64,000 bases of DNA from Oculatellaceae cyanobacterium bins.114 (GTDB taxonomy: Bacteria; Cyanobacteriota; Cyanobacteriia; Elainellales; Elainellaceae), in NCBI GenBank assembly GCA_033764315.1, contig JANRJA010000193.1, forward strand, positions 32,001-96,000. Reading direction: 5' to 3'. Below the pieces are notes generated by a model that worked only from the letters and a program-made list of their open reading frames with translations, did not search any database and was not told the DNA's origin. Both the position numbers and the translations under genes were made by a program. This document shows positions 24,797 through 35,710 of this stretch, piece after piece; positions within the stretch are counted from its first letter, which is position 1, and each line of letters begins with the position of its first letter.

Positions 24797-25858
24797 TTAC
24801 GGATCAACTAATTCTCGGACAAGTTTGGCAAGCCGTTCGGCACTATCGGCGATCGCCAATTTTCCAGCGGCATCGGTCATGGTTTGTAACCGATCGGGCG
24901 ATCGCAGCAACTTCAGCACTTTGTCCTGTAGCTTGGTTGCCGTCAAGTCTGCCTGCCGATAGACACAGGCAGCTCCGGCTGCGGCAAAAATGGCAGCGTT
25001 GTACGTCTGATGATCATCTGCCGCAAAGGGATAGGGAATCAAAATCGAGGGTGTCTGAGTCACTGCAATTTCGGTGAGGCTGCCTGCTCCAGCCCGACTA
25101 ATCACCAAATCGGCTCGCTGAAATAGACCTGCCATATTGTTATAGAACGGCAATGCTAGATAACGAGGATGGCTCAAGCTTTTCACATCCGGGTCATTTT
25201 CTCCGGTTAAATGCACCACCCAAATGCCCTCTTCTAGCCAGACAGGTGCTGCTTGCCGCACTAATTGATTGACAGCAACTGCCCCCTGACTGCCCCCTAC
25301 TATGACCAACAATGGACCCTGCTCAGGAATCGGCAGATCTGCCAATGCCGCACCTTGACCCTGGTCACGAAATTGTGAGCGAACTGGAGTGCCAACACAA
25401 ACATTTCGGGCACTTCTCAAGTAAGGAGCCGCTGCCTCAAAGCCCAACGCCACCACACTACACCAGGGACTGAGCCAGCGAGTCACTTTGCCTGGAAATG
25501 CATTAGACTCATGCAAAATAGTGGGCAACCCCAGCGATCGCGCCGCTAAAATGGCTGGTGCTGCAATATAGCCTCCGGTCGTCAACACCCCCTGAAATTG
25601 CCCTTGCTTTAACAACTGTCGGACTTCAAAAATTGCCCCAATCAATCGGCTAACAATGCGCAACGTGCCCAAACCAAACCGTTGTTGAAACCCCTCAACC
25701 GCAATCGTGTGGAAGGGATATTGTTTAGGCACTAATCGGGTTTCGAGTCGATCGGGCACCCCTAACCATTCAATCTGATAATCCGGTAGTTGCTCAGCAG
25801 TGGCGATCGCCGGAAACAAGTGTCCTCCCGTTCCACTCGCTGCAATCAATAATTTCAT
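24797..25858 (-). CDS. murG: Lipid II GlcNAc transferase MurG
   Basis: SGTGGHLFP, HESN, GGSQGA, SRAGA, DHQTYNA. Confidence 0.96.
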   Translation of the reverse strand: MKLLIAASGTGGHLFPAIATAEQLPDYQIEWLGVPDRLETRLVPKQYPFHTIAVEGFQQRFGLGTLRIVSRLIGAIFEVRQLLKQGQFQGVLTTGGYIAAPAILAARSLGLPTILHESNAFPGKVTRWLSPWCSVVALGFEAAAPYLRSARNVCVGTPVRSQFRDQGQGAALADLPIPEQGPLLVIVGGSQGAVAVNQLVRQAAPVWLEEGIWVVHLTGENDPDVKSLSHPRYLALPFYNNMAGLFQRADLVISRAGAGSLTEIAVTQTPSILIPYPFAADDHQTYNAAIFAAAGAACVYRQADLTATKLQDKVLKLLRSPDRLQTMTDAAGKLAIADSAERLAKLVRELVDP

Positions 25859-26347
25859 CTGCTCTTCCCCGTTCCCTGTTGTCCTGCTGTTGCCATCAGA
25901 GGATCTGACCTCAAGCCGTATGGCTTCACCATGTGGATGTTGGCACTCAAAAGATAATTCAGGTTAACCTATTATTCACGGTTGGTCATGTCTGCCTTGA
26001 TGCAAGATTACCCCATGCCTGATTTAACTATGTTTTGATTTCACTGTTTTGATTTCACTATGTTTAATGTACAGGGTAGCGATCGCGATCAGCGCACCTG
26101 AGCCACCTTACTTAAAGATCTGCTAAAGGTATTGTGGATTAAATGAAACCCTTGATTTAGCAATCAAGGACATGACTTTTGGCTCGTCAATCTCGACCCG
26201 GTCTGGAAAGTTCTCGCTCAAATGCAGTGCTCTTACAAAAGCTCGACGTTATTTAATTCCATTCCTAATTTCTTGCGCTAATCTCGGTTCATTGCTAGGG
26301 TTATCGCCTGCTTCAATTCTCTATCCTCTCAACCCCAACTCATAGAC

Positions 26348-27127
26348 ATGCTTCGATCGATCACCTCCGTCCTGTCGTCACTCCTGTTTGGCATTGCCCT
26401 AACGAGTGGAACAATGGCTTATGCCCAAACAGAAAGCCCTGAAACTCCTCCTGAGGTTACAACTGCTGTCACCCAAATTGATGCAGCCGCTAATCAGCGT
26501 GACCTACATGGAGTCATGCGGTTCTTTAGCCCAAACTTTAGGCACGCCGATGGGTTAAACCGTAGTCGTTTAGAAGACGCTCTGCAAAACCTTTGGGAGC
26601 GATATCCCCAAATCGCTTATCAGACTGAGGTCAACAGCTGGCAGCGAGAAGGAGAGGCGATCGTCTTTGAAACCACAACCACCATTACAGGAACTCAACT
26701 CATCAACGGGCAAAACTTTTCCCTCAACTCAACCGTGCGATCGCGCCAACGCCTAGAAAACGGGCAAATTGTTCAACAAGAAGTGTTATCAGAGCAAAAT
26801 CAGTTGAGCAGTGGTGAAAACCCGCCCACCGTCGAGATTCAACTCCCAGAGCAGGTGGTGATTGGGCGTACCTACAACTTTGATGCGATCGTGCAAGAAC
26901 CTCTAGGGACTCGCCTCCTGTTAGGCACCGCGATTGAAGAACCAATTAATACCAGTCAGTATTTCACCACAGCCCCAATCGACTTAGAATTGTTGTCTGC
27001 GGGCGGGTTGTTTAAGGTTGGTCGTGCCCCTGCTTTACCGGATAGTCGCTGGATTTCAGCCGTGATTATTCGAGAAGATGGCATCACTCTTGAAACTCGT
27101 CGCGTGCGGGTTGTGGGTCATGAATAG
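26348..27127 (+). CDS. Exported NTF2/SnoaL-like domain protein
   Basis: Signal peptide ending AYAQ; IDAAANQRDL..FFSPNF NTF2-like pattern. Confidence 0.7.
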   Translation: MLRSITSVLSSLLFGIALTSGTMAYAQTESPETPPEVTTAVTQIDAAANQRDLHGVMRFFSPNFRHADGLNRSRLEDALQNLWERYPQIAYQTEVNSWQREGEAIVFETTTTITGTQLINGQNFSLNSTVRSRQRLENGQIVQQEVLSEQNQLSSGENPPTVEIQLPEQVVIGRTYNFDAIVQEPLGTRLLLGTAIEEPINTSQYFTTAPIDLELLSAGGLFKVGRAPALPDSRWISAVIIREDGITLETRRVRVVGHE

Positions 27128-27270
27128 GGCGATCGCTTGCAACACCTCTATGCTTGACCTAAAAAAATACACTTATATCATCAGACTCGTAAGACGATAA
27201 GATCTAAAAAGTTTTTGTAGCATTCCATCATTGGCGGCTACCTCTACAGTCGTGTTTAGCGATTAGACCT

Positions 27271-27495
27271 ATGCCTACTATTCCCTTGACCCTTTTGCTA
27301 TATGTCATTCTCGGTGGAACCTATCTCGTTGTTTTGCCAGCCCTGACTTTCTTTTATCTAAAAGGGCGGTGGTATACTGCCAGTTCTGTAGAGCGTCTGT
27401 TGATGTACTTTCTAGTATTTTTCCTATTCCCTGGTCTGGCACTCCTGTCTCCTTTTCTCAACTTCCGCCCCCAGCGACGGCAATTGCCTTCCTAG
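27271..27495 (+). CDS. ndhL: NAD(P)H-quinone oxidoreductase subunit L
   Basis: YLVVLP...RWY...ERLLMYFLVFFLFPG..LLSPFLNFRP; ndhL-DUF3007-trpA gene order. Confidence 0.92.
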   Translation: MPTIPLTLLLYVILGGTYLVVLPALTFFYLKGRWYTASSVERLLMYFLVFFLFPGLALLSPFLNFRPQRRQLPS

Positions 27496-27576
27496 TGCCG
27501 ATTGTAAAACTAAAGCTCAGGGAACTCCTTAAAGGAGTTCTGAAAGATAGGTTTCAGTACATTTAAATGGTCTTGA

Positions 27577-27906
27577 ATGCGGCGCATTGACGTAATTGGC
27601 ATTGGCATTGGCATTTTTGTAGCCGGTGGAGCTGTCTACTGGATCTTTCAAGCCGCTGGGCTAGATAGCATTAATGCCGGAATTTGGAGTCAAGTGATTT
27701 TGGTTGGGGGATTGGTGGTTTGGTTGCTTACCTACGTGTTTCGGGCAGTGACCCAAACCATGACCTATAATCAGCAACTCAAAGACTATGAAGACGCTGT
27801 GCTACAAAAACGGCTCGAAGAAATGACTCCTGAAGAAATAGCCCTACTTCAAACTGAGGTAGAACAAGCAAAGCAGGCCATTGAACAAGCAAAGGATGAA
27901 GGATGA
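27577..27906 (+). CDS. DUF3007 family membrane protein
   Basis: MRRIDVI...AGIWSQ...[11 protein letters not shown]; context between ndhL and trpA. Confidence 0.8.
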   Translation: MRRIDVIGIGIGIFVAGGAVYWIFQAAGLDSINAGIWSQVILVGGLVVWLLTYVFRAVTQTMTYNQQLKDYEDAVLQKRLEEMTPEEIALLQTEVEQAKQAIEQAKDEG

Positions 27907-28700
27907 TTTCTGTTTCTGACTGCCTGGATAAACTGCGCGATCGCGGTCAGTGTGCGCTAATTCCCTTCATCACAGCGGGTGATCCTGACTTAGACACAAC
28001 GGCTCAGGCTCTACAGATTCTCGATCGCAGTGGAGCGGACGTGATCGAGTTAGGGGTTCCCTACTCTGATCCCCTAGCTGATGGCCCTGTCATTCAAGCA
28101 GCTGCCACTCGTGCTCTACAACGCGGCACCAAACTAGAGCAGGTGCTAGAGATGTTGCATTCCATTCGACCTCAGTTAGCCGCACCGATTATTCTCTTTA
28201 CGTATTACAATCCCATTCTCAATCGTGGCATTGAGGCGTTCCTCGAAGACATCGTTGCCGCTGGGGTCAGTGGGTTAGTGGTGCCCGATCTGCCCCTCGA
28301 AGAAATTGATGGGTTGCTGCGTCATGCGGCAAAAGCGGGCGTCGAGGTGATCTTGCTGGTGGCTCCTACCAGTTCAAAACAACGCATTGAGGCGATCGCC
28401 ACCCAATCTCAGGGGTTTATTTATCTCGTCAGTGTCACCGGAGTAACAGGTATACGCACTCAAATTGGGGATCGAGTGCAGCAGCTCTTGATGGAGCTAC
28501 GCAGTGTCACTGACAAACCGATTGGGGTCGGGTTTGGCATTTCACAGCCTGAACAGGCACGACAAGTCATGGACTGGGGAGCCGATGCGGTGATTGTCGG
28601 TAGTGCTTTTGTCAAGCGGCTAGCCGAAGGCAGCCCAGCAGAAGGGCTGAAAGCACTTGAAACCTTTTGCCGCAATCTCAAGGCAGCCCTCTCAGATTAA
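27903..28700 (+). CDS. trpA: Tryptophan synthase alpha chain
   Basis: [33 protein letters not shown]. Confidence 0.97.
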   Translation: MISVSDCLDKLRDRGQCALIPFITAGDPDLDTTAQALQILDRSGADVIELGVPYSDPLADGPVIQAAATRALQRGTKLEQVLEMLHSIRPQLAAPIILFTYYNPILNRGIEAFLEDIVAAGVSGLVVPDLPLEEIDGLLRHAAKAGVEVILLVAPTSSKQRIEAIATQSQGFIYLVSVTGVTGIRTQIGDRVQQLLMELRSVTDKPIGVGFGISQPEQARQVMDWGADAVIVGSAFVKRLAEGSPAEGLKALETFCRNLKAALSD

Positions 28701-28745
28701 TGTAAACCTTGTTTATGAGCGCATCAAGCTCAGAGGACTCACGCA

Positions 28746-28780
28746 TAGAGGCGAAGCATCCGTAGACTGCCTCGCCTCTA
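28746..28780. terminator. REP-like hairpin between convergent trpA and DUF928 genes
   Basis: TAGAGGCGAAGCA...TGCCTCGCCTCTA. Confidence 0.5.
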
Positions 28781-28810
28781 ACCAAACTCTTGGATTGCTC
28801 TGGAATCGCT

Positions 28811-29518
28811 TTAGTTTAAGAAGGGTTGTTCAGCAAGGGTATCTAACCCAACTGATCTCAGTAGCGTGGTCCACTGAGTGGCAATTTCAGGATTACGGGG
28901 TTGAGTTTGGCGCAGATTTGCCATACTGTTTAACGCGTCATACCAGATTCCGGCTTGAGCATAAACCCTGGGGCGATCGCCTTCTGCGGTTGCTGCCAAC
29001 TGACTCGTTAAGGTGGTAGGAGGCGCAATCCGCTGAATCCACCCTTCCGAAAAAATATCCCCAGAGCGATCGTCAGGATCACATATCAGCGAGAAATACC
29101 AATGGTAATCTTTGCCAATTTCAAGATCAGGCGCGTTTGCTTGATCCTTCAGTGAAAACGCCATAATTCCAGGGTCGCCACTGAGTTGAAACGTGCTGCG
29201 ATAGACCTCATTGTCCTCCGCATCTAACAGCACAAACTCTGCTAGTGGACTGGCTGTTGGAGGGACATTCCAATAAAAGGTAGGACGGGCTTCTAACGTA
29301 GTCCCAAAATTTGTACTCGGAATCAAAGCAATCAGTGGTGGCTCACCTCGGAGGCAATTGCCACGAGTGCCGCCCCCTTCTCGTCGTCCTGGGGCTCCCC
29401 GATCCGGTGGGACATACTCTTGAGCGAGTGCCGCCAAGGGGAAGCCACCGCTCAACAATACAATCGATAACAGCAGATGCAAGGCAATCTGGAGATTGCG
29501 AGAAAAACGATGAGACAT
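28811..29518 (-). CDS. DUF928 domain exported protein
   Basis: Signal peptide; PGRREGGGTRG, LEIGKDYHWYFSLIC, GIWYDAL. Confidence 0.85.
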   Translation of the reverse strand: MSHRFSRNLQIALHLLLSIVLLSGGFPLAALAQEYVPPDRGAPGRREGGGTRGNCLRGEPPLIALIPSTNFGTTLEARPTFYWNVPPTASPLAEFVLLDAEDNEVYRSTFQLSGDPGIMAFSLKDQANAPDLEIGKDYHWYFSLICDPDDRSGDIFSEGWIQRIAPPTTLTSQLAATAEGDRPRVYAQAGIWYDALNSMANLRQTQPRNPEIATQWTTLLRSVGLDTLAEQPFLN

Positions 29519-29567
29519 GACGATTTCAAGAGGGCGAATGGTTCAACGAGCTTAAACCGATCTAAAA

Positions 29568-30353
29568 CTACTGTCCCAAATTGATGGTCTGATTGCTCTG
29601 GCTCAGATTGACGCGCTCAATGGGGGTTTCGCGAGTAATGTGAACCAAACCTACTGAATTCAATAAATTAACCCATTGAGAAGCAGGAACCGGACCACCT
29701 GTTTGAGAACGGAGTGTTGCAAGACTACTGATGGCATCGTACCAGATTCCTTGTTGTGCATAGATACTTGGGCGTTGCTCTAAGCTTGCCTGCTGTAACT
29801 CCGACTGCAAAGTTGCACTGGGTTCAATGCGTTGGATCCAACTATCTACTACAACATCAGCTGAGCGATCGCTCATTTCGCAAACTAACGCAAAACTCCA
29901 GTGATAATTTTTACCGACCTCTAACGCCGGTAGATTGGCATTGGCAGGCAAACTGAGACTGATAACCCCTGACGTTCTGGTTGTCTGGAAGGTTGCTTTA
30001 TATAACTCGTTGTCTGATTCATCACTCAAAATAAATTCAGCCGCAACCGCATTCTCAGCGTAGAACTGTGGTACGTAAACAAAAAAGGAGGGGTAATCGG
30101 TCGAGGTATAACCAAAATTTTGGTCAGGCACCAGAGCGGTCAAGCGATCGTTAGATGAGATGGTAGTATCGCTGCGCCAGCATCCACGAGTACCCCCTCC
30201 TTCTCGGCGACCAGGTAAGCCGATATCTGCTGGAGGGTTGTAAGTCTGGGCGATCGCAGCCAGTGGCAAACCACCCAACAGCGTTCCTGCGATGAGTGCG
30301 ACGTGTAAGGCTACACGATAGGGAGGCATTAAAGGAGGGATAAGTCGAGACAT
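29568..30353 (-). CDS. DUF928 domain exported protein (paralog)
   Basis: PGRREGGGTRG, LEVGKNYHWSFALVC, GIWYDAI. Confidence 0.85.
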   Translation of the reverse strand: MSRLIPPLMPPYRVALHVALIAGTLLGGLPLAAIAQTYNPPADIGLPGRREGGGTRGCWRSDTTISSNDRLTALVPDQNFGYTSTDYPSFFVYVPQFYAENAVAAEFILSDESDNELYKATFQTTRTSGVISLSLPANANLPALEVGKNYHWSFALVCEMSDRSADVVVDSWIQRIEPSATLQSELQQASLEQRPSIYAQQGIWYDAISSLATLRSQTGGPVPASQWVNLLNSVGLVHITRETPIERVNLSQSNQTINLGQ

Positions 30354-30403
30354 ACTAAGTTGATCCTTGGTGATTGATGTAGATCTGCGAAAGGGAAAGC
30401 GTT

Positions 30404-30530
30404 TATAGCACCTGAAGAATTGGTTAAAACGGGGTGCAGGGGCTTGCGTTCAAGATTCGCCTGAGTTCACGCCGAAGTCCAAACGGTGGAACCCTTAACC
30501 CTTGCATCAACGGTCTTGAAAGTTGCTATA
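30404..30530. repeat. TATAGCA...TGCTATA-bounded MITE/REP-like element
   Basis: 7-bp terminal inverted repeats matching the ends of the element at 58588-58682; internal GGGGTGCAGGGG REP-like segment. Confidence 0.5.
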
Positions 30531-30693
30531 TGAGTCTGATCACTCATCATGGTGGTGATTTAGGATGACGCAGGTGGTGCTCACTCAGCCCCAATGGATT
30601 TAATGCTGATGGGCGATCGCTCTAAAACAACGCTTAGGCAATGGCATAAAAAGTAACCAGGATGAACACAAATTAGTAGATGTCCCTACGGAT

Positions 30694-32727
30694 CTATAGA
30701 TTCACTGAGTTTGCTTTTGTTTCCGCTTCAAATGAGGAACTTTCTAGCTCATTTTCAAGCATGTAATGAGAAATCTGAATTGAGGTAGCTGGCATGTGGG
30801 ATATCACCCGATAAACATTCACCAATTGTTGTTTGCCTTTCAGGGCCATCGGTCCCCAGGACTCAACTTGAAAGGCGTTTTGTAAGTAATCTAGCGTCTC
30901 TTGCGCAATCAACACTCGGCACACATCGGTTTGCCTATCTTTGGCACAGCTCTCTAAACGAGAGGCCGTATTGACACTATCGCCAATCACCCCATATTCC
31001 ATTCGATCTTTGCCACCGAGACTGCCCACAACAATCTCACCGGTAAAGATACCCACTCGCATTTGCACAGGTTTTAAGCCCCGTTGTTGCCAAGCTTGAT
31101 TGAGTTGATGGAGGCGATCGCCCATCGCTAACGCACACGCCACCGCTTGATAAGCATCTTGAGCAATTTCTGCATCATTGACCCGTGGAATCGGCACCCC
31201 AAACACAGCAAGTAAGCCGTCTCCTGTAAATTTATTGACAATGCCGTGCTGTCGTTGAATCTCTTGCGTCATAGCCTCCAGATATTCATTGAGCCAATCC
31301 AGCAGGGCTTCAGGTGACATCTGTTCTGAAACCGTGCTGAAGTCTTTAATATCGGTAAACAACATGGTGGCAACCAATTTTTGCCCCGGCAATTTGCCCG
31401 ATTGTAAGAGGCGATCGCGAGCTGCCCAGAGCGCATTCGCAATTTCTGGAGAGGTATTTTGCCCCAACAGGGTCATGACCATTTGTTGTTGACGCTGAGA
31501 CTGTTGGGCTCGATAGGTCAACATCGTTCCTGCTGAAGCCAGCATTCCCACCATCGGAGCGACCAAAGGCACCCACCCCTGACACATCAAGATGGCAAAA
31601 CATGTCCCTGATAACAACAACGATAACCGCAGAATGCCAAAACCCAGATTAATGGGATGACGCACATGCCATACAAGAGCACTCCCGGCGATCGCCCATG
31701 AAACGATCCACAAACTCTCTGCCCACTCTGCCCAAAACCACATCAAAGGACGTTGATCCATCGACGCACTGAGAATCTGACTGACATTTTGAGCATGGAT
31801 CGCCACCCCAGCCATTTGGTGGTTTCGTTCTGCACTGGCACTAAAAGGGGTATAAAATAGATCCTTGCCGCTGACAGCGGTGGTACCAATCAAAATAATT
31901 TTGTCTCTCACCCAGCTTGGGTCAAAGTCGTTGTGCAACACCTGAGTCAAGGTAATCTGTCGGGCAATGTTTTGGCTAGAGCGGTAGTTGAGTAAGACCT
32001 GATAGCCGCGATCATCATTGTGCTGATATCCTCCCGAATCGATTTCAAGCGGCACAAACACAGCATGTCCCAGTTGCATATAGTCAGGATTCACTAAGCT
32101 CGGCTGGGGTTTGATGCCACTCGCTCGCAAATATTGGGTAGCCAATCGTAAGGAAAACGAAAAATAAAGTTCGTTATCCATGCTCGCAAACATGAGGTTG
32201 CGGCGGATAATCCCATCTGGATCAATCGGCAGATCATTAAAACCAATGCGATCATAGGGAATATCTGGTGGAGGTGGCACACTGCGATCGCCCCCGTCGC
32301 TTAATTTGGTAATGACTACAATATTGGAGTCTTGCAGGCGAGCCCTCAACAACTCATGTCCTGGAGGTTGTGGTAGATCGCGATGAAGGTCAAGCCCAAT
32401 TACCTGAGGATGGTGTTGTTGTAAATTACCGAGAGCCGTTGCCAAATCTTGATCAGATGGAGTCGCCCGCCCTAGACTTTGGAGATCTTCTTCGGTAATT
32501 GCAACGATGAGCAACCGTGGATCGGCTCCCTCGTCAGGCCGAAGCCTCACCAGACGGTCATAAGCCCGGAGTTCTAACGGTTCTAACCAACCAATCTGTT
32601 CCACCGCGATGACTACACTTGTAATGGTCAGACCAAAAGCAAACACGGCTTTCAATCCGGGAGCAATCGTAGGTTTAAAGGTTGTATGCCAATTCTGATA
32701 AAGTTGGCGGAGTCGCTTGAAGCTCAC
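30694..32727 (-). CDS. CHASE2-domain class III adenylate/guanylate cyclase
   Basis: CHASE2 (DPRLLIVAITEED, VIGLD, GVAIHAQ), TM helices, cyclase motifs LFTDIKDFS, KFTGDG, IGDSVNTASRLES, LKGK. Confidence 0.92.
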   Translation of the reverse strand: MSFKRLRQLYQNWHTTFKPTIAPGLKAVFAFGLTITSVVIAVEQIGWLEPLELRAYDRLVRLRPDEGADPRLLIVAITEEDLQSLGRATPSDQDLATALGNLQQHHPQVIGLDLHRDLPQPPGHELLRARLQDSNIVVITKLSDGGDRSVPPPPDIPYDRIGFNDLPIDPDGIIRRNLMFASMDNELYFSFSLRLATQYLRASGIKPQPSLVNPDYMQLGHAVFVPLEIDSGGYQHNDDRGYQVLLNYRSSQNIARQITLTQVLHNDFDPSWVRDKIILIGTTAVSGKDLFYTPFSASAERNHQMAGVAIHAQNVSQILSASMDQRPLMWFWAEWAESLWIVSWAIAGSALVWHVRHPINLGFGILRLSLLLSGTCFAILMCQGWVPLVAPMVGMLASAGTMLTYRAQQSQRQQQMVMTLLGQNTSPEIANALWAARDRLLQSGKLPGQKLVATMLFTDIKDFSTVSEQMSPEALLDWLNEYLEAMTQEIQRQHGIVNKFTGDGLLAVFGVPIPRVNDAEIAQDAYQAVACALAMGDRLHQLNQAWQQRGLKPVQMRVGIFTGEIVVGSLGGKDRMEYGVIGDSVNTASRLESCAKDRQTDVCRVLIAQETLDYLQNAFQVESWGPMALKGKQQLVNVYRVISHMPATSIQISHYMLENELESSSFEAETKANSVNL

Positions 32728-33031
32728 AGATGCCTCTGAGGGTAGGGTTGCTTAGGAAGAATGGAGCACAATGCTCTGTTTCTGATCCAGCAGTGCTGTT
32801 AGGCATTGCCGAACAATTCATGTGGTAGATTGGCACCCAAAACCTGCAAGTAGACACGTTGGCTTGTTTTTGAAAAACTGAATGCCCCCTACAAATGGCT
32901 CTTTTAAAGAGAGACGATATAAAGGGCGCAGTATATAAAGTTTTTTAGGATGAGGGGTCTAACCCCTCATTTCTCTCTATTCCTATTTTTAGCACTCTGA
33001 TCCGCTTACTATTAGAAACTTTGCAATCCAA

Positions 33032-35710
33032 TCAAGTTTCAGGTGAAATAACACCTCGAACTAAGATCACTGTGCAATCACTGCTACGAGCGATCGCTTC
33101 AGGAATATTGCCTTTAATTGCCTGTTGTAACAGGCCCTCACGACTAGCACCCAACACAATTACGTCGCAGTTTTCCTTTGACGCAAGTTTAACTACAGCA
33201 TCTGAAACCGAATTTCCCCAAATCGGGTAAGCCATGATGGGGCAATCTACTTGATGGTTCAACTGAGCAATCGATTGTTGCAACAACGTTACATCTAGAG
33301 CTTCAACTCCAGGATCAAACACCTGACATAACCGAACTGCCGGATCGGTGCTGAGGTTAATCAACGCTGGCAGCAATTTTAAACCCTGTTGTGAATTGGG
33401 TCCCCCTGCAATCGGCACCAACCAACGATCAAACACTTCAGTCTCACTCAACTTCACCAAAATCACCTCACACGAGGCTTGCCGAATTACTGTATCAACG
33501 ACACTGCCAAACACTCGCCCCGGAGTGGCCGTGTTGCCCTTCCAACCCATTAACACCAGGTCAATATGGCGTTCTTGAATTGTTTCTAGCATGGCTTGAG
33601 CCGCATCATGGGCAAGCCGAATCTGGGTATGCACAGGAATTTGCCAACTTTGGGCTGAAGCGTGAACCCACTGTTCGGCTTGTCGCAAGAGCCGACGACT
33701 AGCAGTAGTGCGAATGACAGCCTCAGCCGGTGATTGGCTGCGAGGGACTTTAATCACCTGCAAACACTCCAACTCATAATGATGAGTTTGGGCGATCGCC
33801 ACAGCCAATTTGAGCAACAGAGGAGCCGTTTGGGGATTGCTCAACGGCACCAACAAACGCCCTTTGCCAATCGCAGGCGATCGCGTTTGATAGACCACAT
33901 AAGACGGTTCGGGTTGAGGGCCAAACTGTTGCGTCTCACCACTGATGCGATCAGACTCGGCTCGAATAATATCAGCTCGTGTAATGATACCGACTAGTTT
34001 GTGCCCCTCGGTAACGGGCAATCGACTTAACTTAAAGCGATTTAGCAAATACAATACATGCGTCAACGGGTCTTTAGGAGATACCGTGACGGGTTGAGGC
34101 GTCATGATGTCTGCCAGAGTAATCATGTCTGCGTTAGCATTCGCCGGATAACGAGACGGATCGGCCAAATCGGTCTGAGTTACAATGCCCACGAGCTTGT
34201 TGTCGTCCACCACCGGAAAGCCCCGATGGTGCGATCGCGAAAACGCCTGCATTGCTTCACTTAGAGGCATCTGGCTAGACAACGTCTCGACTCGCCGTTG
34301 CATCAAGGTAGCAGCCGTCAGCTCTGCCCACGGCCCCTGAGTTACAATCGGGTCTTTATCCAGGTGAATACCATTCCACGCCAACAGTTGGTTATAAAAC
34401 GAGCCACTGGCTGCTTTATCTGCAATCAGATAGGCAATCACAGAACCAATCATTAACGGTAACACCAGGTTAAAGTCAGTCGTGATTTCAAAAACAATAA
34501 CGATCGCCGTAATCGGTCCTCGCGTCACAGCACTAAAAAAGGCCCCCATCCCCGCCAGTGTATAGGTGGTTGTAGACCCAACTCCTGCTGGCAACCCCAG
34601 GGGAAGCCCCACCCACACCTCTAGCGTTTGTGCAGATAGCCCCACCAGATGCCCTAATGCTGCACCCAAAATCAGCGACGGTGCAAAAATGCCTCCAGGT
34701 GCCCCAGAGCCATAGGCAACTAGTGTGAGGATAAATTTGACCACAAATACCAGCAAAGTCACTTGCCATGCTGCCTCACCCGTACTGACAAAGTCTTGCA
34801 ACCCAGTGCTGTCTCGAAATGCAGGCGGCAATAACATGACCACGGCCCCCGATATTAGACCTGCCAGAGCAACCTTCCAGGGCAAACTCATCCGCAGCAC
34901 ATGCCGATTAAAGGCTAACGAACCAAAAATGCCACGGCTAAACAATGCCCCCAACAACCCGGCTAGCAACCCTAAAATCAGAAAGAAGGGCACATCTTGT
35001 AGAGAAAAACGAGCATTCACGGCGGTCATCATCGGGTCTAGGCTCAGCCCCTGCCCTCCTAACAAACGCGACACCACCGCTCCAATAAACGAGGCTAAAA
35101 TCGCCGTTCCTAGCGTTAAGCCTGAAAAATCTTGTAAAAACTCTTCAACGACAAAGAGCACCCCCGCAATCGGCGCGTTAAATCCTGCCGCCAACCCTGC
35201 TGCTGCCCCTGCTGCAATTAACTGTCGTCGATATTCTGGTGAGGTAGGAATCCACTGACTCATCTGCGCAGCCAAGGCAGCACCCACCTGCACCGTAGGG
35301 CCCTGACGTCCTAGATTCAAACCCGAACCCAGCACTATAACAACGCTAACCAGTTTAACGATCGCCACTCGCATATTGAGTGGAATGGGCACATTAGCTA
35401 ACGCAGCTTTTACTTGAGGAATGCCACTGCCTGCGGCCTCTGGTGCAAACCGCTCGACTAACCATCCGGCAAACCACCCACCAATTAACCCAATCGCTGG
35501 TAAAACTAACCATGCTGGCAGTTGATAAGACAGTTGAACTCGCCATCCCCCAACCCAACCCACACATTGCTTCAACAAAACAGCCGCCAGACCCGAAACC
35601 AGCCCAATCACACAGGCTTCAAAAATGGCAAGGCGTTTTGACCCAAATAGTCTCTGAAACTTTGACCCAAACAGTCTCTGAAACTGCCGGGTAAGCGCAT
35701 TTAAGCTCAT
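33032..35710 (-). CDS. ClC-family chloride channel with tandem CBS and universal-stress-protein domains
   Basis: GSGIP, GRQGP, GGIFAP motifs; two CBS repeats; USP-like C-terminal domains. Confidence 0.92.
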   Translation of the reverse strand: MSLNALTRQFQRLFGSKFQRLFGSKRLAIFEACVIGLVSGLAAVLLKQCVGWVGGWRVQLSYQLPAWLVLPAIGLIGGWFAGWLVERFAPEAAGSGIPQVKAALANVPIPLNMRVAIVKLVSVVIVLGSGLNLGRQGPTVQVGAALAAQMSQWIPTSPEYRRQLIAAGAAAGLAAGFNAPIAGVLFVVEEFLQDFSGLTLGTAILASFIGAVVSRLLGGQGLSLDPMMTAVNARFSLQDVPFFLILGLLAGLLGALFSRGIFGSLAFNRHVLRMSLPWKVALAGLISGAVVMLLPPAFRDSTGLQDFVSTGEAAWQVTLLVFVVKFILTLVAYGSGAPGGIFAPSLILGAALGHLVGLSAQTLEVWVGLPLGLPAGVGSTTTYTLAGMGAFFSAVTRGPITAIVIVFEITTDFNLVLPLMIGSVIAYLIADKAASGSFYNQLLAWNGIHLDKDPIVTQGPWAELTAATLMQRRVETLSSQMPLSEAMQAFSRSHHRGFPVVDDNKLVGIVTQTDLADPSRYPANANADMITLADIMTPQPVTVSPKDPLTHVLYLLNRFKLSRLPVTEGHKLVGIITRADIIRAESDRISGETQQFGPQPEPSYVVYQTRSPAIGKGRLLVPLSNPQTAPLLLKLAVAIAQTHHYELECLQVIKVPRSQSPAEAVIRTTASRRLLRQAEQWVHASAQSWQIPVHTQIRLAHDAAQAMLETIQERHIDLVLMGWKGNTATPGRVFGSVVDTVIRQASCEVILVKLSETEVFDRWLVPIAGGPNSQQGLKLLPALINLSTDPAVRLCQVFDPGVEALDVTLLQQSIAQLNHQVDCPIMAYPIWGNSVSDAVVKLASKENCDVIVLGASREGLLQQAIKGNIPEAIARSSDCTVILVRGVISPET

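Noticed and set aside
26030-26066. Short 14-bp tandem duplications (TGTTTTGATTTCAC x2; also TTGTCTCTGTTTGC near 37827)
   Set aside because: Ordinary slippage repeats common in cyanobacterial spacers, with no evidence of function.
32989-33015. TTAGCACTC, a possible CIRCE element
   Set aside because: The second arm GAGTGCTAA is absent at N9 spacing and no chaperone gene is adjacent.
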